DNA from: Lama guanicoe
Taxonomy: Eukaryota
Direction of reading: 5' to 3'
Length of the DNA: 64,000 nt
Assembly: GCA_013239625.1 (NCBI GenBank)
Contig: MU054323.1
Span: 20,171,082-20,235,081 of the forward strand
Shown here: positions 26,261 to 39,655 of the stretch, piece by piece
Layout of the letters: every line of letters starts with the position of its first letter
Numbering within the stretch: the stretch's first letter is position 1
The notes under the pieces: generated by a model
Databases searched by the model: none
What the model was told of the DNA's origin: nothing
Seen by the model: the letters and a program-made list of their open reading frames with translations, nothing else
Position numbers and translations under genes: made by a program

Positions 26261-27423
26261 GCCTTGCACCTTTCCTTCGTCACTCCCCCTTCCGTTTCTT
26301 CTCTAGCCACCCCTCCTCTCCCCCAAGAACGGAGCTTAGTGGGGCCAGGGCACCTCAGCCACGGGTAGGGAGTTGAGCTCTGCCTGGACGTTTGCTCTGC
26401 TGTCTGCCTCCTTCCCAGCCTTCTGCAGAAGAGAGAAATAAGGTCAAACAAACTTTCTCCCTACTCACGACGCCCTCCTCCCTCTTTCCTGGTAAAATAA
26501 TAATTCAGATAAGTGGCGTGTTTGTGTGTGAGACTGGCTCATCTCTGCTCATTAGCCGAGCCCTTTGATGGATGGTGGTGGGAATGGCCTGACTAAATGA
26601 GGCCACTTTGCAGAAGAGAGACGGAGAGAGCCACTGAGATAGACAATAACAATGCAGCCCAGCCTCTCAAATAAACACACAGTGGGACGTTTCCAGTGAG
26701 CCTGTTAGATGAGAGGAAAAGCCACACTTGAAAATTTTTATCTTTTTTGTTGAAAGCCTGCAGCAGTTTATAATAAAACCCTAAATGGGTCTGGATTAAA
26801 TATAGTGAAGAAGTGTTTAAAAGATTACTGTCACCTCCAGAGAGCTCTGCCTCTCAGGAAGTGACCCCTCTCTTTTTTTTTCACACCCTCACCTTCGTAG
26901 GTGTGAAAAAGTTTGTGTGTGTCAGCTCTACTCACCTGATTTTTTTTTTTTTTTGAAGTTTGTGATTGAAGTATACTTTAGGCTGCTAAGCCTTTCAAGA
27001 TGCTCTGAATTTGTCTTAGGTCAATAGTTTTATGTGAGAAGCATACTCCAGGGCAAATTGGATTGGAGTGAAAAGATGTGGAAGCAGTTACAGTATAAAA
27101 GACAAGTTTAGTCAGCCCTGACGACTCAATGATAAGAGGTGTCTTTTTGTTTATTATTAAAGAAATGACATGTGTGGGACAGAGTCTAGGAGAACTTGAA
27201 TAAAACATTAATTGAAATGAAAAATACCAGGAAAATAAGGGTCTGTGAATAGTATGCACATGAAGGAATTTATTAAGTTAGTGTTACTACGTTTGCTTTT
27301 ACCAGGGAATGAATTGCGGGCGTGCTTCATTTTGAATATGAATGACCTAATATAAAAAGTCACAGATTGACAAATGTGAACTTTCTTTGAAAAGATTAAG
27401 CTCTTTACTTCCTTTAATTGCAG

Positions 27424-27491
27424 ATTATGTCTACTTTGAGAATTCCTCCAGCAATCCATACCTCATCAGAAGGATAGAAGAACTCAACAAG
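27424..27491 (+). CDS. MTA3: MTA3 coding exon 2 (BAH domain), (D)[22 protein letters not shown]
   Basis: 68-bp exon between a polypyrimidine/ttgcag acceptor and an AAG|gtatac donor. It starts in phase 1 and ends in phase 0. The translation matches the MTA-family N-terminus as I recall it. Confidence 0.96.
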
Positions 27492-28664
27492 GTATACACT
27501 GAGTATTGATTGTAATATTAAAAGATATTTGTTTTCCATTGAAGGGTAATTGGGTAAAGGGTATAAGAGGTGATTTTACTTTCAATCCTAGCCTCCTTGA
27601 AAGTAGAAATTTCAGATTAGAGAGTTATGCAGGATTCTGAATATTCTTTTGCTTTTTAGAATTTGACCTCTGGTATTAAAATGCTAATACTGAATATGTA
27701 ACATCTGCAGATATCTTCAAACTGCTTGGAGCTTCTCAGAGAAGGTCACTGCTGTAACTCAGTCCTTTTTTATATTTGAAGTCGTAATTTGTGTTTCTCC
27801 CTTTTTAGTGAATTTTTTCCTCTTTCAGCTTTAGAGGAGGAAGTTAGGAAGTATATTGAAGAGAATTTGTAAAATTCTGGGCTAGGCTAACTAATAAGAA
27901 TACAGTTTTGGTATAACATAAAGTGGCTTTTTGTACCTTAGGCCCAAGTAAATAAAACTTTTCATTAAGATTTGTTCCTGATCACAGGTGTCCAGGACAT
28001 CAGAAACATTATGACTACTGGCAGTAACAGCTTTTACCGTGGAGGCATTCAGTCATAAATGACATGGGCCATAGATTTCTGATGGTTGAGGATTATTTGT
28101 GTAGCTGGTGAGAATTCATATTGTTAAAATGTTTGGGGCTGTCTAGCTAATAATTTTCCCTCAAAATGCCATCTGGAGACTGGTCCAGTTCTGAGTACAA
28201 GAAGGCCAGGTCTGGCCAAGGTATCCCTGGCTTATGAGCCTTAATATCTTGGTTTATTTTTGGAGATACCCTGGGGATCTTGCATTTTAAAAACTTGTAG
28301 TATTTAAGATCACCGCCAAATGAAGAGGGTGGCCTCAGTATAAAATCATCTGTAGGGGGATCTGTTGAGGTGTCATTCTCATGTGCTTTTCTTTTCTGTT
28401 ATTGATGTAAGGTACAATTTAGGCAACGCCAAGCTATTCACTGTATCAGTTTATTTAGAAAGTTCATTAGAATACAAAGAGAAATATTGGCCTATGAGAC
28501 CTGTATTCTTTGCTCGCTGCTTTGTTCATTTGGCCCTAAGTGCAGCGAACTCTTGGCTGTTTCTCACACGCACCCACCTTAAGACTGTCTAGTTGTTTCC
28601 AATCCCCCATACCTTGCTTTTCTTTCTTACCATTTATCACCTTCAAATATACTTAATGTGTTTA

Positions 28665-29150
28665 CAGGCACATCTCAGAGATATTGTGGGTTTGGTTCAG
28701 ACCACTGCAATAAAAAGTATGTCGCAGTAAAGCAAATCACATGAATTTTTTAGTTTCCTAGTGCGTATAAAAGTTATGTTTTTAACTTTCATAGTGTAGT
28801 CTGTTAAGTGTGCAGTAGCATTGTGTCTAAGAAAAGATGTGCATGCCTAATTAAAAAATAGTTTATTGCTTAAAAAAAATGCCAGCCATCATCTCCGCCT
28901 TCAGAAAGTCATAACATAACATTAAAGATCACCGATCACAGGTCACCATAACAAATATAATAATAATGAGAAAGTTTGAAATATTGTGAGGTTTACCAAA
29001 ATGTGTCAGATACAAAGTGAGCAAATGCTATTGGAAAAATGGCACTGATAGACTTTCTCGACCCAGGGTTGCCATAAACCTTCAATTTGTGAAAAACACA
29101 GTGTCTGCGAAGTGCAGTGAAGCACAGTGCAGTAAAACAAGGTGTGCCTG
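28665..29150. mobile_element. Tigger1-derived non-autonomous Tc1/mariner element nested in L2
   Basis: TA|caggcaca...ggtgtgcctg|TA terminal inverted repeats with TA duplication. Internal gagatattgtgggtttggttcagaccactgcaataaa and cagggttgccataaaccttcaatttgt. Confidence 0.88.
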
Positions 29151-29499
29151 TATTTTCCTTGCCTGTTTTCCCAAACTAGAACAAAAGTTCTAAGTGTATA
29201 GTGATCTTTTCTGTCCACAAATGCATCCCAAGTGCCTTGGAATAGTGACTGGCACATAGTTAACACATTCAGTAATGTTTGTTGTATTAATGAATTCCTC
29301 AGATGTCTGATGTTAATACTTGTACATGGCTTTACTGTTTACAAAGTACTTTGACTAATTCATTTTACAGATATTTCTGGGGATCTGGTACCTGTCAGGC
29401 ACTTTCAGATATGCACTTTTAGGAACTGAAGGGTGAACAAAAATAGGTCTAGTGGTGGAGACTGACATCAGTCAAATAATCCCACAATTAGCAGGAAGA

Positions 29500-29640
29500 C
29501 AGGGAGGGTATAGTTCAAGTGGTAGAGTCTGTGCTTAGCATGCACGAGGTTCTGGGTTCAATTCCCAGTACCCCCTCTAAAAATAAATAAATAAATAGAT
29601 AAATAAAACAAATTACCACTCCCTCCAAAAAAAAAAGAAA
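29500..29640 (+). mobile_element. vic-1 type SINE
   Basis: gggagggtatagttcaagtggtagag...gggttcaattcccagtacc, (aaat)n, then attaccactccctcc-A tail. Confidence 0.88.
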
Positions 29641-32600
29641 ATTACAGCTGTGCTGAATTTATAAATGTCAGGGCATGGTATCCTGGAAGCATAGAATCTG
29701 GGATTTATGTTACCTTTTTTGAGCCTCACAATAAACTTAAAATGGCAAATGCATCATGGACTGTTGTCGTGAAGCCTACTGTAGTTAAATGACTGGGTTG
29801 CACATCTAGCTAGAACCTGGATCATTTCATACACCTTTATCATTATATTACCATTTACTTCAAAAGTCCCTTCCATCCTCCACATGCTCACCTTCTCCCT
29901 GCCTCTCTGCTTTCAGCCAAGAGTCATTAATATACTAATTGTCTTCAAGGGGCTGGGGAGGACTGAACTATGAGAGAGGGGACTCTACTTTTAGAGAATA
30001 GCAGTTTGAATGCATGAAGTATTGGTAAAAAGGAACTGAGATTGGCTAATTAAGTACTAAATATTTACATAGGACCTTTATTTCTGAAGGGATGTGAAAA
30101 AGATATCTTATTTTAAATAATCCATTAAACAAATACTGAGCACTGACAACATAGCACGAACTATGCTAGGCTCAGAGATACAACAGTGACCAGTGTGGAT
30201 GTGATCTCTGCCCACACGGGGTCTGTGTTCTCATAAGGGAGACACGTGGAAAAGTATGTTAACAGGCATGAATAGTGATAACTGGTGTTAGCATCTACAA
30301 AGGAGCTAAGCAAGAGCCTTGACTTGGAGAATAAGAGGTCACTTCCTTTGAAAAAGCCTTGAGGAGCTTTAAGGACATTGAAGTTGAGGCCTAAAGGATG
30401 AGAAAGAGGTCGCCATGGGAGAGGGGCCACAGGAGTTCCAGAAAGGCCCTTGAGAGGGTCGGAGGTCAAGTTGGCTAAGTGGGAAAAGGTAACATAATTG
30501 AGAAATCCAAATAATGAATTTAGGAACACGTGGTATATTCTAATTGATCAAACAGGAGAAGAAGGGACATTAACCTACTGTATTAACTTTTTTCTAAATA
30601 CAAGTTTCTTTTTTTTTTAATGAAATTCCTTGGATATGCTGTCAGTCACCGTTTTTATAGAAAATTCATGGGCCCTTTTTTTTTTTTTAAAAAACCCTAT
30701 TTGAAATGTTACTTGGTCATTTGGAAAGCAGGATTACAGTATTTTTTTTTAAAGTAAGGAAATAAATTTTTGTCTCATTCTGGCAACTTTTAAGTGCAAA
30801 ACTAAATATTGGTTGATGAACACAGTTTAACATTGTTTATTGTTTATATTGTCTTTTTCTCTCCCCTATTTTTCGCTCAGATCTTTTGGAGGAAGTTTAT
30901 AAAGTTAAAACAGTAAACAGCTTCTTGGTAAATTTTATTTAGTCGCTATCTAGATAGGGTGTTGCTCTTCTAAAGACTGAGTCCACACATTGAAAGAGCT
31001 TTGTGCATATAATAATGAAGGTACAGTCTCAGAAAGTTCTGAAAGTTCTGCTTGTAGATAAATTTAATGTCATTTGCTATTGTTTTTGGTATGTATATTG
31101 TATAATTTGTATGTATCTTCAAATTCTGTGTATGTTATCAGCCATCCAGTTTGCACTGAGTTCATTTTAATGTTTAGGGGAGTTTTTGGTGGGGGAGGGT
31201 AGCCACTAACTTCTTTGAGCCTCTATTCCAATCCCCCACTCTCAGTCTATATTTGCACATAATTTTAGGAGATCCTTTAAAAGCCCTTTTAAGTTAAAAC
31301 CTCTCCTAACATTTAGGATCCATTGGAAATAAGGACAGAAATTGGGAAAAGAAAGTTCCTTTCCATTTGTTCTTTTTTTTTTGAAAGTATCTACCTTTTC
31401 TTTTATTCTTTGACTTGTTTCAGAAAGGATTTATGATGCCTTAAGATGCATGCAAGATAGCAAAATAAGTAAATTAAACCAAATAAGAAAAATGACACAA
31501 AGTCCATTTGTTCTTTAGCTCAACTTTCTGAAATGGAAAGGTGTTTGGTTTTTTTTTTTTTAATTTTTAAAATAATGTACTTTCTAAGTCTGGGATAGAA
31601 ACGGATGGTAGTATGAAGTTCACTAAAAGCCCCTTATTGCCGGAGGATGTTTTATTAAATGTGTTTGACAGAGTAGAGATTTAAGAGGCTGTGGCCTAAA
31701 TGGAGATAAGAACCCAGGAGAGAAGTTGCTGTTGATCATAGGTTCTTCTTTATACTGGTCCCTGCTTTTCCCACCTGTAGGTTTTGCTCATGTCTTCTTT
31801 TTTCTTAGACTGTTATGTCCTCCAGGCTTCGCCTCGTGGGCTTTGCTCCTTTTCTAGCTAGCTAGGGATCATCTGCCCACTTTCTCTCTCTTTGAAGCTT
31901 TTTTGCCCTCCCCAACGTGAGTGAGAAGTGGAATCTGGAAGCGAAAGGAAGGAGTAAACGAAAACAGTGCTGAGAATTTGTCAGGAATGTTTTACTTTTG
32001 TGCCTCTGTTGTGGGGAACTGGTGAAGGTTTCTGGGTGAGGGGCACGATGACAACCTGGCTCTGGAAGGCTGGAGAGGAGATGACAGGTGAGCACACATC
32101 CTTGCTGCAGTGGAGGGAGGCTCTGTGAGGGCAGCCACCATGCATCCGTGGTGATTAGCTTGTGGTGGGGCTCACAGGAAGAGTGCACAAGAAATTTGGT
32201 GAGTTGAAAGAATAACCAGGCTTCATATATACAAAATATTTAACCTAGGTTTTCAGAGCTTGCTTCTTAAACTATTTGTGGTGAAGGATTTTTAAGAATT
32301 TTCACTACCTCAGACCGCTTTTGTAAAATTATTAAAAAAGTAGTAGAACAATGAAATTTAAAGTAGTCTTATAAAAATAGAAGCCCTTCTTTTTTCATTA
32401 CTAGGTTCAATATAGATATAAAATTAACTCTCAAATGCTATAATACACTTACTCTTAATGTCTGTGCTCTTTTCACTACACAGTAACTGTTGTGGACTGG
32501 GCCTTGGACCACAATTTCAGTAGCTCACCTTTAGAGGAATGCTCAAGGGTGTGTGTGTATGTGTGTATTGTAGAGAAGAGGGATACTGTAGTTGTAAGCT

Positions 32601-33939
32601 ACCTAATAGCCAAGTGTGTACATGGTTCAGAAGAGAATATGTATTTTAAACTATGCCATCCACCCCCCAAGCAGGTTTAAATAAGCATTTAATTAGCTTT
32701 ATAGAGTACCCCTACTGAAGGAACTCACCAGTGAGACAGAAAAAGAATACTTATGTCTTAAAATTCTTGCTTTGTTTTGGGTTTTTAACATGCTTTTGTC
32801 TCAAGAAGATGAAACTGATAAAGCACTTAAAATTGAAATAATTGATAGATTTTATTTACATGGAAATATTGGCCTGTTCATTTGGCAGATTGCTGGATCA
32901 TTACTTCTGGAGGATGTGTTTGATCACAATATTGTGAAATATAGAAGCACTTTGGTTAGGATTTAATAAGATTTCAATTATAAGGGGCAGTATTTCTCCG
33001 AGATTATTTCTCACTCTAAAATACTGCCGCTGAACTTCATAAAATTGAGAAATTTACTGCAGCACATATATTTTCTTATTTCTTTATGCCTGAATATATC
33101 TGTAAGCCTAAAGAAATTCTGAAAATTTGTTCTCAAATTTGTTTGAATTTGGAAATCATAGTAGCATATTATTGTAATCTGTGTGTTTTTACAATGAACT
33201 TTGTAGTGAAATGATTGACCCTGAAAGCTCTCAGAATTCATAAAGAATAGAATAGGAGCCTAGGCCCCAGCTGCAGTAAATTCACAAGCTAACTGAATAT
33301 TGATTGTATTGTAGACTGTAGTCAAAAAGAAATAAGGGCTTCAGTGTTCATAACTCAGGGTTTTTAATACTTTCATATGTGAAGGTAAATTAAGTACTCC
33401 CAAGAATATTGACCTATATGGATTCATAGGCTCCCTTGGGCTGAGGATACTTTTCCAAGCTATCTAGTACACCCACGTGAGGGCTGCCCTGCACCTGCAG
33501 AGCTTCACCACCAGTCAAACATGGTGGTGTTTTGGAGAGGGCTGGGTGATTGCACACTTAACCTGTGCCTCTGGAAGTGGGTTTTGAGGACGTATGTTTA
33601 ACTCTCTTATGTTGTGGCTTTTGAAATTTGAGGGACTAGTTTCTTATGGCTAATCAGATTTAACTATGTGTCTGGCTTTAGTCATTAAAGCTGTTTGATC
33701 ACTTTAGTTTAATTGATGCCGGTGTGTTATTTTATGTTTGACATTTCAGTTTCACTTGGAACCTTTACAAATGTTGCTTGTCCTTATTTGAATTTTATAG
33801 CTCTCTGACTATCCTGCAGTTGTGGTTGGTACAGTGTAACCGACAGTGATGTTATAATTTTGCTGTCTCTAGTTTTGTTTTATAAACTACTTGAATCTAA
33901 TACTCAGTACAGATGACTTTTATTTTTCTTATTTCTTAG

Positions 33940-34033
33940 ACTGCAACTGGCAACGTGGAAGCAAAAGTAGTGTGCTTTTATAGACGACGAGATATTTCCA
34001 ACACGCTTATAATGCTTGCAGACAAGCATGCTA
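33940..34033 (+). CDS. MTA3: MTA3 coding exon 3 (BAH domain), [31 protein letters not shown]
   Basis: 94-bp exon with tttcttag acceptor and A|gtaagt donor, in frame with exon 2. The [21 protein letters not shown] segment fits MTA3 rather than MTA1/MTA2. Confidence 0.95.
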
Positions 34034-34540
34034 GTAAGTTAATTGTCTTTATCTTGGAAAATTAAAACATGTTTTAAATCTTTTATTTTCTGTGATATGA
34101 GGAAAAGTCCTTTTTGTTGCCTTTTGCTTTCCCATTTGTCTTCCTCTTAGTTTAGATGGGAGTAGGTTTTGGGTGGTGCTTGGTTTTAGTATATATATAT
34201 TTTAGGTTGCATCATATGTTCATTAATTAGTCAAAATGTTGAAATAGAAGTCTTTGCAAATAGGCTTTAGCAGACAGTCAGTGCAGTGTTTTGCCATCTC
34301 CCATTTTCCATGGTAGTTTGAAGGTCGGACATGAGGAAATTTATACTTCACTGGTATTTTGGAGAATTTTTTATCTCCCCTCTGAAACAACTGGGTTATA
34401 TTACAGTTTAAAAAATTCTGAGTATTTATTATATGTTTATAGTATTGGTATGTATGGGGAAAAAAAGTTTGCCAGAGAAAGAAGTACAAAGTGATATTTG
34501 GGTATGGAAAATTCCTGTAGGTAGCAACTCTGAGTGCTTC

Positions 34541-34694
34541 TTTTTTTTTATTGTTTATTTATTTTTTAGTTTTTTTTTGGGGGGGTGTAATTAGGTTTAT
34601 TTATTTACATTTTGGAGGAGGTACTGGGGATTGAACCTAGAACCTCCTGCATGCTAAGCATTTGCTCTACTACTTGAGCTATACCCTCCCCCCC
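34541..34694 (-). mobile_element. vic-1 type SINE
   Basis: gaggtactggggattgaacc...gagctataccctcccccc with a T-rich tail. Confidence 0.88.
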
Positions 34695-36591
34695 AAGCAC
34701 TTCTTTATAGTTTAATCTTTATTGTGTGCTTCTCCCACCACCAACAGCTTTAACATACTTTAGCCCATTTGATTTTTTTTAAACAACATTTAAAAAGTGA
34801 TTTAAATTTTAAGAAGGGAGTACTTTATTTTGAAAGCCATTTTCATCCTACAAAATATGTAATGACACTAGGACCATATGTATTTGTATTTTTCAATTTA
34901 ATACTGTGATATGTCAAACTCTGGTCTTGGGGATCCTGAACTTTTGAAATGTTTTGGTAATGGAGGAAGGGACACAATTTTACACACAGGTTTGTCTTGT
35001 GTGTCTGCCTGAGAATGATTCCTCCACTGTGTCGCCAGTTTAACCAAGCAGATTGATTGTCTCATAAATTAAATTCCTGCTATATTTTCTATTGTACTTC
35101 ATAATGTTTTTCAGTCTCTTTCTATTTCCATAGAGGTAATGTTAACGATGATATAGGTTATTCTATAATAGTTACAAATTATGTATTGACAGATTCAGGG
35201 CAATCATATTTGTTCCTCATGTGTGAGACCAAAACATTTCCTTTTTTTTTCTGATTCTGCTGCTAATCTCCTAACTTTTTTTTTAATTGAAGCATAAACA
35301 TTGCTTTTTAAAATGATATATGAATTGGGTATTTTAGCTATAGCTGGAATCTATAAATTGAATGTGCTATTAAAGTATCTATACAAAATTATTTGGATTT
35401 TATTCACTGTTTACGACATAAACTTAAAGATAGAATGTCTCATTTATATTCACATAGGTTTGGATTTAATTTAGCTTCTAATGTAGCTTCTGAAGTTGTT
35501 GCAAAGGTAGTGAGTTATAAAGATTGTTAGGGGCTTTGTTCACTCACTGTTCATGGAGGATCTCAGCATGGCTGCCTCTTGGTGCTGTCTATGAGGCTTG
35601 TAGATATAGAAAATCATTTTTTTGAGAACTGGTTAAGCTCTCAGTATTGACTCATAGAAATGAAATTTTACGAGACTTAATCAATCAAATTATATAATGG
35701 TAGTCCTGCAGTTTAAAGAAAGACCTGCGTTTAGATTCTAGTTAACTTCTTGCCTTGGGAAAATTTCTGAAATTCTTACTCATCTGCATTTTCTTCATTT
35801 GTAAAATGGGATTGGAAAAAAATCACCTCATTTCCAATTATATATGTTTAAAAAAATTAAGGGATAAATTATGCCAGCATTGATGTGAGGTTTAAATGAC
35901 CTAAGGAATGGCTCATAATGGGTGCTTAATAAATGCCAGTTGTTTTTTTTTAACCTCCTCAGCGATTTGTAGATCATCTCTTTGGGTCAATTACTTCTGT
36001 CTACATTTACCTATTTTCTTCCATTATTTATTGATTTTTTACTCTCAAAGGTAACTGTATGTCTGCATACAATGAAGTTAAAGGTATCAACTATATTTCT
36101 GTTTGTATTGACTAAAACTTCAGGTGGGGAGGATAAAATTGCTTAAATGATTCATGCTTTATAAAGAGGTTTTAAGGGAGGATTAATAGAGTGTCATATG
36201 TTAGATTTCAAAACTACGCTTGAATGTGGGTACTAAATTTTCTTGCAACTTAGTTTCTCCATTTGAGAAACTTCATTGTGGACTTCTTTAACACTTTTTA
36301 TTGCAGAAAATTTCAAACATATAAAAGTATAGAGAATAGTATAATACACCTGATGTTTACATTATTCTGCTTTAACAGTTATTAATACATGACCAATTAA
36401 TTCTTCTAGACCCCTACTCGTCCCATTATTTTGAAGCTCATCAGAGAAGTCTTACTATTTCATTGGTAAATATTTCAGCAGGTATTCCTAAAAGATGTGG
36501 CCTCATTCAAACTTACAGAAAGTGCTTAGAATATACAAGGAACCCAGTAAGCCCTTTACCCAGGTTCAGCAGTTAACATTTTATCATTCTT

Positions 36592-36624
36592 TGTGTGTAT
36601 GTGTGTGTGTGTGTGTGTGTGTGT
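36592..36624. repeat. (GT)n microsatellite
   Basis: Direct reading. Confidence 0.95.
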
Positions 36625-37394
36625 TTTTTTTTTTCCCTGACCATTTAAGAGTAAGTTAGAGACTTAAGTGTGTTTTTCCTAAATGTAAGGAAAAACCCCT
36701 ATATAGTAAACATCTCAGAAAACCTAGTATTTTTACAAGATTATTATCTCATTCACAATCCTTATTCACATTTCATGTCTCAACAGTGTGCTGCATAGCT
36801 ATATATTTTTACTTAGTCTAGAATAAAATTCAGGCTCACGCATTGTGTTTTATTGTCATGTCTCCTTGATACGGAACCAATTCATCAGTCTTTGTGTCTT
36901 TGGACCTTAACATATTTGAAGAAAACAGGCCAGATATTTTGTTGAGGTTGGCTCAATTTGTGAGTGTCTAATGTTTCCTCATACTTAGATTCAGATTGTG
37001 TTTTTTGTATGGATGCCATGGAGGTGATGATGTGTCCTTTTCAGTACATTGTATTCGGACAAACCCAATTATGTGGATGATGTTGGGTTTGATGACTTGG
37101 CTAACATGGTGTTCCTCTGCATTCAGTAGGTTATTTTGAGGGAAGATAGTTGGCAATTACGGATATATCTTGTTCTTGGTCAAATTTTAACCAGCTTATT
37201 TTAGCATGCATTGATTACTTAAGATTTTGTAAACATTAGTATCATCAAATACCTGTTTTGTTTTCACATTTTTTTCTTTTATAACATTTTTTTCATTTTT
37301 GTTTGTTTAGGTCAATAGATTGGTTGATAAGACTCAAGTCTTCTTTTTCTTTGTCCATTTTTTAAAAAAAATGATACCTTTTGTCTCTTATTTT

Positions 37395-37518
37395 TCTTGA
37401 CTGGGGGGAGATAATTAGGGTTTTATCTATTTATTTTAATGGAGGTACTGAGGATTGAACCCAGGACCTCCTGCATGTTAAACACAAACCCTACCACTGA
37501 GCTATACCCTCTTGCCCT
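37395..37518 (-). mobile_element. vic-1 type SINE
   Basis: ggaggtactgaggattgaacccagg...taccactgagctataccc. Confidence 0.85.
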
Positions 37519-37519
37519 T

Positions 37520-38030
37520 TCTTGCCCATTTTTTTGGTGTTGCTATGTAATTCACATAGCATAAAATCCATACTTTTAAACTGCACAATTTAGTGATTTT
37601 TAGTATACTCACAAAGCTGTATAACCATCACTGTGATTATTTTCATCACCCCCTCCCTCCCTAAAAAAAAACAACAATTACACCCTATTCTTCCTTTCTT
37701 TCATTCCTTGGCAACCATTGATCTACTTTCTGTCTCTATAGATTGGCTTTTTCTGGACATTTCATATAAATGGAATCTTGCAGTATGTGTTTTTCTGTGT
37801 CTGGCTTCTTTTTACTTAGCATAGTGTTTTCAAGTTTCTTCTGTGTTATATATAGCATGAATTCCTTAATTTCTTTTTATAGCTAAATGATGTCCCATTG
37901 GATGGATGTACCACATTTTGTTTATCTGTTCATCAGTTAATGGACATTTGGATTGTTTCCACTTTCTGGTTATTATGAATGATACTGTTATGGACCTTCC
38001 TGTACAAGTTTTTGTGTGGACATCTTAAGT
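37520..38030 (-). mobile_element. Old L1M 3' end
   Basis: aattcacatagcataaaatcc...ggcaaccattgatctactttctgtctctata...ggacatttggattgtttccac. Confidence 0.8.
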
Positions 38031-39655
38031 TTTTGTACCTATAGATACATATTATTTCACATTTCTCTCTCTGTCTCAATACTTTGTTGACGATACCAAG
38101 TGGTTCATCCTATAGAGTTTCCTTTGGTTTGGAGTTTGTTTATTGCATCTTTGTTGTGTCCTTTACCATGTTTCTCTGTAGATGGATAGTTAGATCAGAT
38201 TCTAAAGCATCTCAGTCCACAGTTTTTTTAGGGAGAAGGGTGGGGGTGGGAGTACAAAATCATTTCATGGGTAGTATTTTGTACTTTTATCATGAGGTCC
38301 ATAATGTATTGTTGCCTGTCTCTTTTGTTAACATTTCACTTTGAAATAATTTTACATTTATGAAAATTATTTAAAACGTTACCAAGAATTCCATATGCCC
38401 TTTGTCCAGATTCCCCAAATGTTAACATTTTACTGTTTGCTCTATTATTTCTATTAGTGTACATATTAAAAATTTTGAACCATTTGAAAATAAATTGAAG
38501 ACATATTTCCCCAATCCCTAAAGATACTTCAGTGTGTTATCTTCTAAGAACAGGAACATTCTCTTATGTAACACCAGCATGATGAAAATCTATGGATTTA
38601 TTCAGATTTTGCAAAATTTTCTACTAATGCCTTTCATAGTAAAAAATGAAGAATTTGTAAGCTATCTTTTTGTGGTGTTATCATTGATTGGTTGACGATT
38701 GTCTTAATCTGTTTATTCAGTAAAACTGCAAAAATTGTGCTTTTAAAACTATCATCCCCTCATTTGTTGGATAGAATATTTCTCTGAAATAAATATTCCC
38801 TCTGTCAGCCATCAGGTTACTCTTTAGGTTCAGCTTGTATAGGAGAGGCAGGTTAAATGCTTGAGTGATTTTTACTCTTTTTAGTTGCCAGTTTTCAGAA
38901 ATAATGGGATGGTTCCTGTCATCCGCCAAAGATCACCAATTTATTTCTTTTTTATTTTTATCATGTACTCAAGGACTTGAACATATTTCACATTTATTAT
39001 CAATTATTATCCTGTTGATACTCAAGTTGTCTAATCTTTAGCCAGTGGGGCTTATTTAGGTTTGTTCCTGAGTCATTTTGAAATGCTTCCAGTGGTCTTT
39101 AATATCTGACTTGCTTTCTGGTATGACAAGATGGTCCAAGCTCATATTCTAGACCTAGAACTGTGTCTCCATGGAGTCCTGATTCCTTTTACTGGGAAAT
39201 GGTCTTGGAGACCACAATCTGAGCATTAAGAAATGGACTCTCTTTTGAGAGAGGGTTGTGCTATTCCTAGACTGTTTTGTGGTATATTCTTCAGAATCAA
39301 AAGAAATTTGACTTGAGTACTTGTTACCGATTCTTCTTTTCTAAGGTAATTTCACTGAAAGCTAGCATACATGCTTTGTATTTTAAAAACAACTTGGAAC
39401 AGACTCTCAGACATAGAGAACAAACTTATGGTTACCAGGGAGTAAACGGGGTGCAAAACAATAAATTGGGAATTTGAAAATTGCACCTCTTGGGGAGGTA
39501 AATGTTTAGCTGTCTTGATTGTAGTAGTGGTTTCATTGGTGTATAAATCTATCAAAATTCATCAAATTGTACATTTGAAGTATGTGTAGTTTACTATATG
39601 GGAACCATACTACAATAAAGGTGTTAAAAATAAACAAATAAAAATAAATAAAAGC

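Noticed and set aside
30881..32087. Cryptic exon candidates in MTA3 intron 2 (acceptors at ~30880 and ~31809, donors at ~30928 and ~32088)
   Set aside because: Splice-like words are common in T-rich introns. There is no MTA-like coding potential, and exons 2 and 3 already join in frame.
27424..34033. Assignment to MTA1/MTA2 or to a processed pseudogene
   Set aside because: Introns and canonical splice sites are present, and the [20 protein letters not shown] residues fit MTA3.
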